Shown here: positions 19,892 through 28,980 of the stretch, piece by piece
Position numbering within the stretch: position 1 is the first letter of the stretch
How the letters are laid out: the number at the start of each line of letters is the position of its first letter
Source: Flavobacterium sp.
Lineage (GTDB): Bacteria > Bacteroidota > Bacteroidia > Flavobacteriales > Flavobacteriaceae
DNA: 45,685 bases
Assembly: GCA_040379105.1 (NCBI GenBank)
Contig: JBEILV010000001.1
Location: 1 to 45,685 of the forward strand
Direction: 5' to 3'
Translations under genes and position numbers: made by a program
Notes under the pieces: model-generated
Databases searched by the model: none
The model's input: only the letters and a program-made list of their open reading frames with translations
Told to the model about the DNA's origin: nothing

Positions 19892-22525
19892 TTAGAATCT
19901 GTAAGCAAGCGTTAATGAAGTAGTTCTTCCATTGATTGAACGCGCTCTTACAATATTGTCTGTGTTTTCAGTGATGCTTCCTTCTTCTACTTCAGTAATA
20001 CCGATGGTGTTGAATAAATTGTTTACGTTCAACATCGCAGAAAGTCCTTCTGTCAATTCGAATGACACAAATGGATTCACATATAAATAGCCTGGCATGA
20101 TTAATTCGTTGTTGTCTTGCGCAAAAGATTTAGTTGTTCCAATTAACGAAAAACCAACATTGTGTTGTTTTTTGGCACCCAAACTATAAGATCCGATCGC
20201 ATTATAGATGAAATCAGCTTGTCTTCTTGGAGTGTTTCCAACCAAAGCAGGACTGAAAAAATCTTCGGTGATTTCGGCTTTTGTCCAAGTAACACTTCCG
20301 CTTACATTCAATCTGTCTTTTGAATAAGCAGCTTCTAATTCCAAACCATACGCTTCATATTCACGTTGAATTTCTCTTGGCGAACCACCTGCAAAATCCC
20401 AGTTTTGCTCAGAAGTGTTAGCTAAAAATGCCGTTGCAAAAAGACTTACATTATTTTTTCTGTGTTTGAATCCTAATTCAGCTTGCGTTACTTCGTCAGC
20501 ACTCAAACCTGGCAATGCATCGCCGGAAGGCAAGACAGCCGCACCAAACAATAATCTATCCGCATTCGCTCTGCCGCCTTTGCTATATCTTGCAAAAACT
20601 GATTGGTTTTCGTTTAGCAAATAGTTCAAACCTGCTGAATAAGAAACATAGTTAAAATCGTAGTTGATTGGCAATCTGTTGGCATTGTCAATTACCGCTA
20701 CTTCTTCTTCGTTGGGTTGAATCACGCCGTCACTGTTCACGTCAATGTTGTTGGCTGTGATGGCACCTGCATAAGAACCTCTGGCAGTTCCCGAATCGAA
20801 ACGCACACTTACGTCCACATTCATTTTTTCGTTGATTTCATATTGACCTGCTACATAAGGCGCCGCAATATCGTAAACCGCATCGTAGTTTCTTGTACAA
20901 CAATTGCCCCAAAATGGCTGACCGTATGCATACAAACCATTCGTAGAATTTGCGCCTGCATTGATCAAAGCTGCATTTTCGCCTTTAACTTCGAGTAGGT
21001 AAGAATTCCAAAGCCATGTCATTCCGATGTTTTGTAACGCTCTGTAATAACCAAAAGTCATGTTTAAATCGCCTAAAGATTTTGACAATTTCATGTCGTT
21101 GGTGAAATTATTAAAATTGTTGATTTCTGTATCAAAAGTGTGAATTCTCATCACAAGCGCATCGCTGGCTACGTTTTGACCTGCATTCGCACCGTTTGCA
21201 AAAGTTAAATTTGGCACATCAAAAGCTGTGGCAAGACTTGCAGCAGTGGCTACTTCCGCTGGGAATGGCGATATAAATCGACCACGGTGGTAGTTTTGAC
21301 GCATACGGCTTTCAAACTTCCAATTATTTCCTAAATCAAAAGATAATTCAGCACCCACCGAAGTAGCAATTGGATTCATTCCGTCGGCAATGTTGCTTCT
21401 TCTGCGGCTTCCATCAGCACCCATCGTTAGATTGTCTAAAAACAAAGCACTGTGAGGAGTGTCTTTTAAAATATCGAAGTTTGGTAATGAACTCCATGTT
21501 GGATTGGCATTCGTACCTGAAACTTGAACTGGCATTGGCAAGTAGCCAATTGCTTTGTCATTAAGATGTTTGAAATACAAACGAACATATCCTTTTTTAA
21601 ATTCTTTGGTCAAATTGGCTTTGATTTGTCCACCCAAATTAGCGGTGTAACCCGCATTTCTTGGGCCTTCGCCTTGACGGAAAAATCCACCCACGTGAAA
21701 ACGAAGCGTTTCCGTGATCGGTGAACCATATTCGAAATCAGTTCTTAAATTATCAAAATCAACCCCGAAAGATTGCATCACACTTCCACCTTCAGTGGTT
21801 CCTGTTTTACTAATAAAGTTGATGATTCCCGCAGGAGAATTGCTCGTCATGGTTGAGGCAGAACCCCCACGAATGGCTTCAATGCGTGCAATGGTTTGGT
21901 CGTTTCTTAAGAAAATATCGGCATTTCCAAAAGCGACGTCGCCAAATTGCATCACAGGCATTCCATCTTCGTGCAATTGTAAGAATTTACCACCACCTGA
22001 AGCCACTGGAATACCACGAACCGTGATGTTGGCATTTCCTTCTCCACCCGTTGATTCGGATTTAATCCCCGGAATTGAGCGGAAAATTTCGGCGGTAGCG
22101 CGAGGAGCAGTTTGGTCTATTTGCGTGGTTGAAACGGAACTTACCGACACACTCGATTGCAATTTTGAACGCGGATTCACAACTCCCGTAACGACAACAT
22201 CGTCCAATTGTGTGGCGTCTTCTTGCATGACAATGTTTAACTTGCTAGACCCTTTTATACTGAGTGTTTTCTTTTGAGTTTTGTAGCCCAAGAAGGAAAA
22301 AACCAATGTATAATTGCCTTCTTCTAAATTGTCAAGGCTATAGTTGCCATCAAAATCGGAGGCAGTTCCTTTAGACGAATTTTCAATGCTCACATTCACA
22401 CCAGGCAACTGCCCACCGCTTTCATCTTGAATGGTTCCAGAAACACTGTTTTGGGCAAAAGAAAAATACGAAACAAGGAAAAACCCAAAGGCAAGGATTT
22501 TTGTAAAGCGTAATTTTGTTTTCAT
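19892..22525 (-). CDS. TonB-dependent outer-membrane transporter with N-terminal CarboxypepD_reg-like domain
   Basis: Signal peptide, SFLGY, DDVVVTG TonB box, plug motifs ITVRG and IEAIRGGSAS, C-terminal YRF. Confidence 0.92.
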   Translation of the reverse strand: MKTKLRFTKILAFGFFLVSYFSFAQNSVSGTIQDESGGQLPGVNVSIENSSKGTASDFDGNYSLDNLEEGNYTLVFSFLGYKTQKKTLSIKGSSKLNIVMQEDATQLDDVVVTGVVNPRSKLQSSVSVSSVSTTQIDQTAPRATAEIFRSIPGIKSESTGGEGNANITVRGIPVASGGGKFLQLHEDGMPVMQFGDVAFGNADIFLRNDQTIARIEAIRGGSASTMTSNSPAGIINFISKTGTTEGGSVMQSFGVDFDNLRTDFEYGSPITETLRFHVGGFFRQGEGPRNAGYTANLGGQIKANLTKEFKKGYVRLYFKHLNDKAIGYLPMPVQVSGTNANPTWSSLPNFDILKDTPHSALFLDNLTMGADGSRRRSNIADGMNPIATSVGAELSFDLGNNWKFESRMRQNYHRGRFISPFPAEVATAASLATAFDVPNLTFANGANAGQNVASDALVMRIHTFDTEINNFNNFTNDMKLSKSLGDLNMTFGYYRALQNIGMTWLWNSYLLEVKGENAALINAGANSTNGLYAYGQPFWGNCCTRNYDAVYDIAAPYVAGQYEINEKMNVDVSVRFDSGTARGSYAGAITANNIDVNSDGVIQPNEEEVAVIDNANRLPINYDFNYVSYSAGLNYLLNENQSVFARYSKGGRANADRLLFGAAVLPSGDALPGLSADEVTQAELGFKHRKNNVSLFATAFLANTSEQNWDFAGGSPREIQREYEAYGLELEAAYSKDRLNVSGSVTWTKAEITEDFFSPALVGNTPRRQADFIYNAIGSYSLGAKKQHNVGFSLIGTTKSFAQDNNELIMPGYLYVNPFVSFELTEGLSAMLNVNNLFNTIGITEVEEGSITENTDNIVRARSINGRTTSLTLAYRF

Positions 22526-22606
22526 TTGTTAGTTGATTAATTAGTAAATTTTTAAAATATTTTTTTCGAAATTAATTTTAATACACACAAAAAAATTGAG
22601 ATAATG

Positions 22607-22645
22607 TACCGAAATCGTTTTCGAAAATACCGAAATCGTTTTCGA
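22607..22645. promoter_or_regulatory. Tandem LacI-family operators
   Basis: TACCGAAATCGTTTTCGA twice (22607, 22628; 21-bp period), each a near-palindrome with central CG, between the divergent transporter and LacI genes. Confidence 0.8.
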
Positions 22646-22815
22646 TTTTATTTCGTAAAATTTCATCATATTTGTAAATCCAGAAGAGGCTTTGAGGCAT
22701 TGTATTATATGTATAGAAAAAAAGCTAAATTTAATACAAATCTGATTTTAATAATGATGAGCCGCAACGAACCCATTTTGAATTTGAAATCTATAGAAAG
22801 AAAATAGTGCATAAA

Positions 22816-23844
22816 ATGAAGGACAAGCAAATTACGTTAAAAAACATTGCAGAAGAATTGAATATTTCTGTGACAACGGTTTCGAAAGCATTAAAAAATT
22901 ATGCTGACGTGAGTCCGAAAACAAAAGCGGCAGTGTTGAATTTGGCTCAAAAACTAAATTATACTCCCAACGAATTTGCGGTCAATTTGCGAACGCAAGC
23001 CTCTAAAACCATTGGTTTGATTATCCCAGAAGTGGTGCATCATTTTTTTTCGAATGTGATCAATGGCATTATTGACGAAGCCGAAAAAAACAATTATTTG
23101 GTCATTATTTTGCAATCGAACGAATCGAAAGAAATGGAAAAAAAGCAAGTGCGCTTGTTGCTCAACAAACGTGTGGACGGCATCATCATGTCGCTTTCCA
23201 ACGAATCTAACGACGAAGCACATATTTTAGAAATCATAGAACGGGATATTCCGTTGGTTATTTTTGACAAAATTTCGAAAGCCATTCCATGTTCAAAGGT
23301 CATCATCGACGATCGATTGGCAGCACAAACAGCGGTGCAACATTTGATTGAGATGGGTTGTCAAAACATTGCCCACATTCGAGGCCCATTGAATCCGCAG
23401 AATGCCATCGATCGGTTTTTGGGCTACAAACAAGCACTCGAAAAACACGATCTTGTGTATCAATCAAAAATGGTTCGCGCTTGCACAAGGGTTTCGTTTG
23501 AAGAAGGATTTGCCTTTGCCAAAGAAATCATGACACAAAACCCCGAAACGGACGGTTTTTTCGTGATTACAGATTTGGTGGCGGTGGGCGTACTTTCGTA
23601 TTTGAATCAGGCAGGCATCAAAGTGCCAGAGCAAGTGAAAGTGATTGGTTTTAGCAATTGGTTCATGTCGAAAGTGATTTCGCCGTCGCTGAGTACGATT
23701 GACCAACCGAGTTATGAAATGGGTACAGCTTCTTTTGAAGTGTTGCTCGAAGCCATTCAAAAGAAAAACCAAAACGAAGTGTTTGTGCCCCGAATCAAAA
23801 CACTTCCAACGCAATTGATTGTTAGAGAATCTACTCGAAATTAA
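22816..23844 (+). CDS. LacI-family transcriptional regulator
   Basis: ITLKNIAEELNISVTTVSKAL HTH, YTPN, VKVIGFSN, LSTIDQP, LIVREST. Confidence 0.95.
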   Translation: MKDKQITLKNIAEELNISVTTVSKALKNYADVSPKTKAAVLNLAQKLNYTPNEFAVNLRTQASKTIGLIIPEVVHHFFSNVINGIIDEAEKNNYLVIILQSNESKEMEKKQVRLLLNKRVDGIIMSLSNESNDEAHILEIIERDIPLVIFDKISKAIPCSKVIIDDRLAAQTAVQHLIEMGCQNIAHIRGPLNPQNAIDRFLGYKQALEKHDLVYQSKMVRACTRVSFEEGFAFAKEIMTQNPETDGFFVITDLVAVGVLSYLNQAGIKVPEQVKVIGFSNWFMSKVISPSLSTIDQPSYEMGTASFEVLLEAIQKKNQNEVFVPRIKTLPTQLIVRESTRN

Positions 23845-23953
23845 TTTTTGCTTTTTTGCCGAAATTGCTTTCAGGATTAAACAAACATTAATTTGAAACA
23901 AAACTTTTCACAGTTTTAAACTCGTTTTTTTACTTTTACAAAAAATTATAAAA

Positions 23954-24733
23954 ATGACTATTGCTGCAATACAATCTTCGCTTCAAGACACAAGAAATCA
24001 ACTTTTAAACCATTCTTTATACCAATCCATCAAAACTATTGACGATTTGAGAAGTTTTATGGAAATTCACGTGTATGCCGTTTGGGATTTTATGTCGCTA
24101 CTCAAAGCCTTGCAAACCAAATTGACTTGCACTACTACTCCTTGGATGCCAGTCGGAAATCCGAATACACGCTATTTGATCAATGAAATTGTGGTAGCAG
24201 AAGAAACTGATTTGGCATTTGACGGCAGTCGTTTGAGCCATTTTGAAATGTATTTGAAAGCCATGGAAGCAAGCGGCGCAAATACTTCACACATTTTGCA
24301 ATTTTTAGAACACGTCAAAAACACCAAAAATATTTTTGTTGCCATCAAACAATCTGATTTGCACCCAAATGTGAAAGCCTTTTTAGATTTTACTTTTAGA
24401 GTCGTTGAAGAAGGTGCGCCACATCAAATTGCGGCTGCATTCACTTTTGGTAGAGAAGATTTGATTCCGTCGATGTTTACAGAGATTTTGAAACAATTTC
24501 AGGCACAATTTCCCACCACCGATTTATCGCAATTGATTTATTATTTCGAAAGACACATCGAACTCGACGGCGACGACCACGGCCCCATGGCGATGCAAAT
24601 GATCCAAGAATTGTGTGGCAACGACAATAAAAAATGGCAAGAAGTAGTGGAAATTTCAAAAATGGCACTCCAAAAAAGAGCCGATTTATGGGACGCCATC
24701 GAAAGCACCATTTTAGAATCAGAACCCGCTTAA
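23954..24733 (+). CDS. DUF3050 family protein (haem-oxygenase-like fold, inferred)
   Basis: FME.HVYAVWDFMSLLK.LQ, INEIV..EE.D, SHFEMY, FGREDLIP.MF, YFERHIELDGDDHG. Confidence 0.8.
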   Translation: MTIAAIQSSLQDTRNQLLNHSLYQSIKTIDDLRSFMEIHVYAVWDFMSLLKALQTKLTCTTTPWMPVGNPNTRYLINEIVVAEETDLAFDGSRLSHFEMYLKAMEASGANTSHILQFLEHVKNTKNIFVAIKQSDLHPNVKAFLDFTFRVVEEGAPHQIAAAFTFGREDLIPSMFTEILKQFQAQFPTTDLSQLIYYFERHIELDGDDHGPMAMQMIQELCGNDNKKWQEVVEISKMALQKRADLWDAIESTILESEPA

Positions 24734-24735
24734 AA

Positions 24736-25458
24736 ATGCAAAAACGTTTCTTACAAATATTAGTAATTTCATGTTGCATTTTCTTTTGGAATTGTAATCC
24801 TTCTGACGATGCAACTGAAATTATCGAAGAAACAATCCCTACAAACTACCGCTATTTAGCCTTAGGCGACAGCTATACGATTGGGCAAAGTGTGTGCGAA
24901 ACTTGTCGATTTCCAGCACAATTGATTGACAGTTTGCGGCTCAAGGCCAATGAAAACGATACTTTTGAATTAGAAATCATTGCACAAACGGGTTGGAACA
25001 CCACGCAATTGATCAACGCCATTGCAGCAAACAATCCTGCGTCGAATTTTGATTTGGTCACTTTGTTGATTGGTGTCAACAATCAGTTTCAAAACAAGCC
25101 TTTTAGTTTGTACGAAACGGAATTTCCAATTTTACTTCAAACTGCCATCACTTTAGCAAAAGGAAATCCACAAAACGTTATTGTGGTTTCTATTCCCGAT
25201 TATGCCTTCACGCCTTTCGGACAAGGTTGGGGCATTCCTGCCAATACGTCCACTCAGTTGGACAACTACAATGCTTTTGCCCAAGAATATACTGAAAGTT
25301 TAGGTATCACTTTTGTGAATATTACCGATATTACCCGCAACGGACTTCAAAATCCATCGTTGGTTGCTTCCGATAATTTGCATCCTTCCACCCTCGCCTA
25401 TTCATTATTTGTTTCTAGAATTTTGCCTTTTGCGAGTTCAAAATTGGGACTTCAATAA
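24736..25458 (+). CDS. SGNH/GDSL hydrolase lipoprotein
   Basis: Lipoprotein-type N-terminus, ALGDSYT, LIGVNN, DNLHPS; start at MQKRF. Confidence 0.88.
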   Translation: MQKRFLQILVISCCIFFWNCNPSDDATEIIEETIPTNYRYLALGDSYTIGQSVCETCRFPAQLIDSLRLKANENDTFELEIIAQTGWNTTQLINAIAANNPASNFDLVTLLIGVNNQFQNKPFSLYETEFPILLQTAITLAKGNPQNVIVVSIPDYAFTPFGQGWGIPANTSTQLDNYNAFAQEYTESLGITFVNITDITRNGLQNPSLVASDNLHPSTLAYSLFVSRILPFASSKLGLQ

Positions 25459-25570
25459 TTAAAAACTCGTTCATATCCATCTTTACTACAGCCGTTCGCT
25501 GTCATTCAGATTCAGATCCAACTTCCCATTTTTTTTTGGGCCAAATCGCTTGGGCATTGCATCAAGCCCT

Positions 25571-25638
25571 ATTCCTGCTTTTCGTTGCAATCTTTTGGGC
25601 AGAAAAAGCCCAAAAGGATTTCCACTTCAATCAGGGGC
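25571..25638 (+). ncRNA. Flavo-1-like structured intergenic element, copy 2
   Basis: ATTCCTGCTTTTCGTTGCAATC-TTTTGGGC/GCCCAAAA-GGATTTCCACTTCAATCAGGGGC. Confidence 0.6.
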
Positions 25639-25792
25639 AAATCATAAACGTATGGCATAGAGAAAACGCATCTTCTAAAATCAACCACGGTTTTAACCCA
25701 TTGCTAGGCAGAAAATTTGGTTGTCTTTAAAAAATCAATCCAAACAACACAGACGAGTTTTCCTGCAGCGCTTCAGTACAGACAAGCCATGC

Positions 25793-25984
25793 TTACTCCA
25801 TGGTCTCTTCTTATTTACTCCTTACTGCCTCTATAATAAATCTATAGTGAGTCTATGATAAGTCTATGAAAAATGCACTTTTAATAGAATTATTATACAA
25901 TTATTACACATTCTTATTACATTTACCCTACTTGAAATAACAAGCAAATACGAAGTATGAATGAAGTGTGAATGAAGCATCACA
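25793..25984. repeat. Clusters of degenerate 11-bp-period tandem repeats
   Basis: TCTAT at 25830/25841/25852/25863; (C/G)AAG at 25941/25952/25963/25974; TATTA at 25891/25902; TTACTCC at 25793/25815. Confidence 0.75.
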
Positions 25985-26034
25985 ATTTCATTTGAAATGC
26001 CTTCATGAAGAGAAGTAAATAAAACAGCGAAATC

Positions 26035-26772
26035 ATGGCAAAAATCAACAGCAACAAGCAATTCAGTGGGATGATTGGGAATTTGGTATTCCGAACCCTC
26101 AACAGCGAACAAATTGTGCAAAGTGCTCCCGACAAAGTCAAACAAAGCATTCGAACTAAAATGAGTGGCTCGGAGTTTAGGCAGTGCAGCAAATGGGGAC
26201 GCTCTTTGCGGACTATGCTGCATGATTTTCTGACCCGTCAAACAGATAGCTACATGCATCGACGATTGACCACCGCCTTGTATCATACCATTTTAGACAA
26301 CACACAATTGCCTAAAGGCGAACGAACGCCTTTGAATTGCGACATGAAAGCCATGATGGGTTTTGAATTTAACACCCACTCCCCGCTTTCACATCATTTG
26401 CAAATGCCTTTTGAAATATCTTTACAAGAAGACGGTCGCGTTTTGGTATCGATTCCGAGTTTTAAACCTGGGGAAATAGTGCATTTTCCGAAGCATTTTT
26501 ATGATGTCGATCTGATGGTTTACATTTTTGCCATCACGCAAATTGAGCCATTCAAAATGGAACATGCCAGCCATTTTGTGATGACTGTGCCTAAAAACAA
26601 CGACATGACCGAGCCACAAACGTTCCAAACAGAAACCCCGATGCCCGCTGGCGCATGGGTTTTGGCAGTGGCAAAGCTTCAATTCTTTACGCACAATGCT
26701 TTTGTAGGTAAAAAATATGAAAACAACGCACAAATGAGCCCGACGCAAATTGTGTTTTCTGGGAGGGGGTGA
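26035..26772 (+). CDS. Hypothetical protein (Bacteroidota family with FSG.IGNLVFR N-terminus)
   Basis: 245-aa ORF, basic N-terminus, GFEFN motif, beta-rich C-terminal half; no function recognised. Confidence 0.75.
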   Translation: MAKINSNKQFSGMIGNLVFRTLNSEQIVQSAPDKVKQSIRTKMSGSEFRQCSKWGRSLRTMLHDFLTRQTDSYMHRRLTTALYHTILDNTQLPKGERTPLNCDMKAMMGFEFNTHSPLSHHLQMPFEISLQEDGRVLVSIPSFKPGEIVHFPKHFYDVDLMVYIFAITQIEPFKMEHASHFVMTVPKNNDMTEPQTFQTETPMPAGAWVLAVAKLQFFTHNAFVGKKYENNAQMSPTQIVFSGRG

Positions 26773-27016
26773 TAAAATTGTGTGATTACACATAAATTAC
26801 TAAAAAAACGTATTTATAAATGTATTTATTGAGTAAAGAATTCATTTGTAGAAAGTTTAATTTTGTATTCAAAATTTTGAAATCATCACAAGTTTTGTAA
26901 AAAAGTATATATAAGGCAAATGATCAATAAATAAGTAATTAAAAGCGTTATTTTTGAACGCCCACATTTTATCATTTATCTTTACAAATAAAATAATCAA
27001 GAATAATAAACCAATA

Positions 27017-28552
27017 ATGACCGACAATTTAGAATTAGAAAAAACTCTTTGGCAAGCAGCTGACAAACTTCGCAACAATATGGATGCTGCCGAATACAAA
27101 CACGTTGTATTGGGTTTGATATTCTTAAAATATATTTCTGATGCTTTTGACGAACTCTATGAAGAACTAAAAGCAACAGAAAATGAAACAGGTGCAGACC
27201 CTGAGGACAAAGACGAATACACAGCGGAAAGAGTTTTCTATGTTCCGCCTTCTGCACGTTGGAAATGGTTACAAGGAAGAGCAAAACTACCGACCATTGG
27301 CAAAGACATTGACGATGCAATGGATGCTATTGAAAAAGACAATCCAACTCTAAAAGGCGTTTTACCCAAAGACTATGCAAGACCAGCGTTGGACAAACAA
27401 CGTTTGGGAGAATTGATAGACTTAATTGGTTCTATCACTTTGAGCAAAGGAAAAGACGGAAAAGGAAAAGATATTTTAGGCTGGGTATTTGAATATTTCT
27501 TAGGACAGTTTGCCGATGCCGAAGGCAAAAGAGGCGGACAGTTTTACACACCGCAAAGCATTGTGAAAATATTAGTAGATATGTTGGCGCCCGAACCTGA
27601 AAAACGAGTGTATGACGGTGCTTGCGGTAGTGGTGGAATGTTTGTACAAAGTGAACGCTTTATTGAGATGCACGAACATCGAAGAGGTAAAATATCTATT
27701 TTTGGACAAGAGAGTAATCCAACTACCTACAAATTAGCCAAAATGAATTTGGCAATTAGAGGTATTGATGCCAACATTGCTTTGGGCGACACTTTAATGA
27801 ATGATGCCTTTCCAGATCTAAAAGTTGATTATGTTATTGCCAATCCACCATTTAACGTTAGCGATTACAACATTAACAAAGCCGAAACACATAAATGGAA
27901 ATATGGCGTTCCGCCAACAGGAAACGCCAACTATGCTTGGTTGCAATTGTTCATCAGCAAATTGGCACCGTATGGAACGGCAGGAGTTGTGTTGGCAAAC
28001 GGAAGTATGAGTTCTGAAATTGCTACAGAGGGACAAATCAGAAAAGAATTGATTGAAAACGATTTAGTGGACTGTATGGTTTCTTTGCCTTCGCAATTAT
28101 TTTACAACACACAAATACCAGCTTGTTTGTGGTTCTTGTCTCGCAACAAAGAAGGCAATACCAAACTAAGAAACCGCAACAACGAAATTCTTTTTATTGA
28201 TGCCCGAGAATTAGGCACCATGATAAGCCGTAAGCAAAAAGAATTAAGCGAAAAAGACATTGCCAAAATTTCGGACACTTACCACAATTGGAGAAGCAAA
28301 GCCAATTTTGAAGCTAACTACAAAGACATCGCTGGATTTTGTAAAACTGCCAACATACAAGATGTACGCAAAAACAACTACATACTAACACCAGGCAGAT
28401 ACATTGATTTTAAGGAAGTAGCCGAAGATGGAGTAGCTTTTGACGAAAAAATGCAAACACTTTCTGCTACACTTTCTGCACAAATGCAAAAAGCCAATGA
28501 GTTGGACGAAGCTATTAAATTGAACCTTGCTAAAATTGGATATACGATATGA
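27017..28552 (+). CDS. hsdM: Type I R-M N6-adenine methyltransferase subunit
   Basis: LWQAADKLR, GQFYTP, YDGACGSGGMF (motif I), ANPPF (motif IV); start at MTDNLE. Confidence 0.96.
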   Translation: MTDNLELEKTLWQAADKLRNNMDAAEYKHVVLGLIFLKYISDAFDELYEELKATENETGADPEDKDEYTAERVFYVPPSARWKWLQGRAKLPTIGKDIDDAMDAIEKDNPTLKGVLPKDYARPALDKQRLGELIDLIGSITLSKGKDGKGKDILGWVFEYFLGQFADAEGKRGGQFYTPQSIVKILVDMLAPEPEKRVYDGACGSGGMFVQSERFIEMHEHRRGKISIFGQESNPTTYKLAKMNLAIRGIDANIALGDTLMNDAFPDLKVDYVIANPPFNVSDYNINKAETHKWKYGVPPTGNANYAWLQLFISKLAPYGTAGVVLANGSMSSEIATEGQIRKELIENDLVDCMVSLPSQLFYNTQIPACLWFLSRNKEGNTKLRNRNNEILFIDARELGTMISRKQKELSEKDIAKISDTYHNWRSKANFEANYKDIAGFCKTANIQDVRKNNYILTPGRYIDFKEVAEDGVAFDEKMQTLSATLSAQMQKANELDEAIKLNLAKIGYTI

Positions 28553-28980
28553 GTTTATTTGAAGAAAACAGATGGTTACAACGCTTTCAGAATTATCAAA
28601 GAGCATTAACGCATTTAGACCAAGCCATAAAATCTACCGAAGATAAAGAAATAGATGAATATTCTGATTTGGAAATTCAAGGTACTATCAAGTGCTTTGA
28701 AATGACGTTTGATTTATCTTGGAAAGTATTGCAAGATTATTTTGATGAGCAAGGATATGATATAGGAAAAGGGCCAAAAGCAAACATTCAGCAAGCATTC
28801 AAAGACAATCTCATTAAAGATGGCGACGAATGGGCTATGATGCTAGATAGCCGTAACGCTTCTGCCCACGCTTATGATGGTGATATGGCAATCGAAATTT
28901 TAAAAAAAATAAGAAATAGTTATTATTTGCTATTTGACGATTTAGACAAAGTTTTAACCCGAATTAAAAATAATGGATAA
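28549..28980 (+). CDS. HEPN-domain RNase/toxin (HI0074-like nucleotidyltransferase substrate-binding family)
   Basis: RW.QRF.NY..AL, G.IKCFE.TF.LSWK, intact Rx4HxY motif RNASAHAY (28852-28875); ATGA overlap with hsdM. Confidence 0.88.
   Translation: MSLFEENRWLQRFQNYQRALTHLDQAIKSTEDKEIDEYSDLEIQGTIKCFEMTFDLSWKVLQDYFDEQGYDIGKGPKANIQQAFKDNLIKDGDEWAMMLDSRNASAHAYDGDMAIEILKKIRNSYYLLFDDLDKVLTRIKNNG

Noticed and set aside
21714-22277. 187-aa antisense ORF and the many other 60-145 aa ORFs overlapping long genes
   Set aside because: Shadow frames of well-supported genes, with no motifs or independent expression signals
22604-22807. 67-aa ORF with repeated YRNRFR
   Set aside because: The peptide repeat is just the translation of the duplicated operator; the region is the divergent promoter
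25536-25730. 64-aa ORF, and the similar ORFs at 15807-15998 and 41192-41383
   Set aside because: They run through the structured repeat elements and have no protein-like features
25793-25984. CRISPR array
   Set aside because: Units are 11 bp, degenerate and contiguous, with no unique spacers and no cas genes
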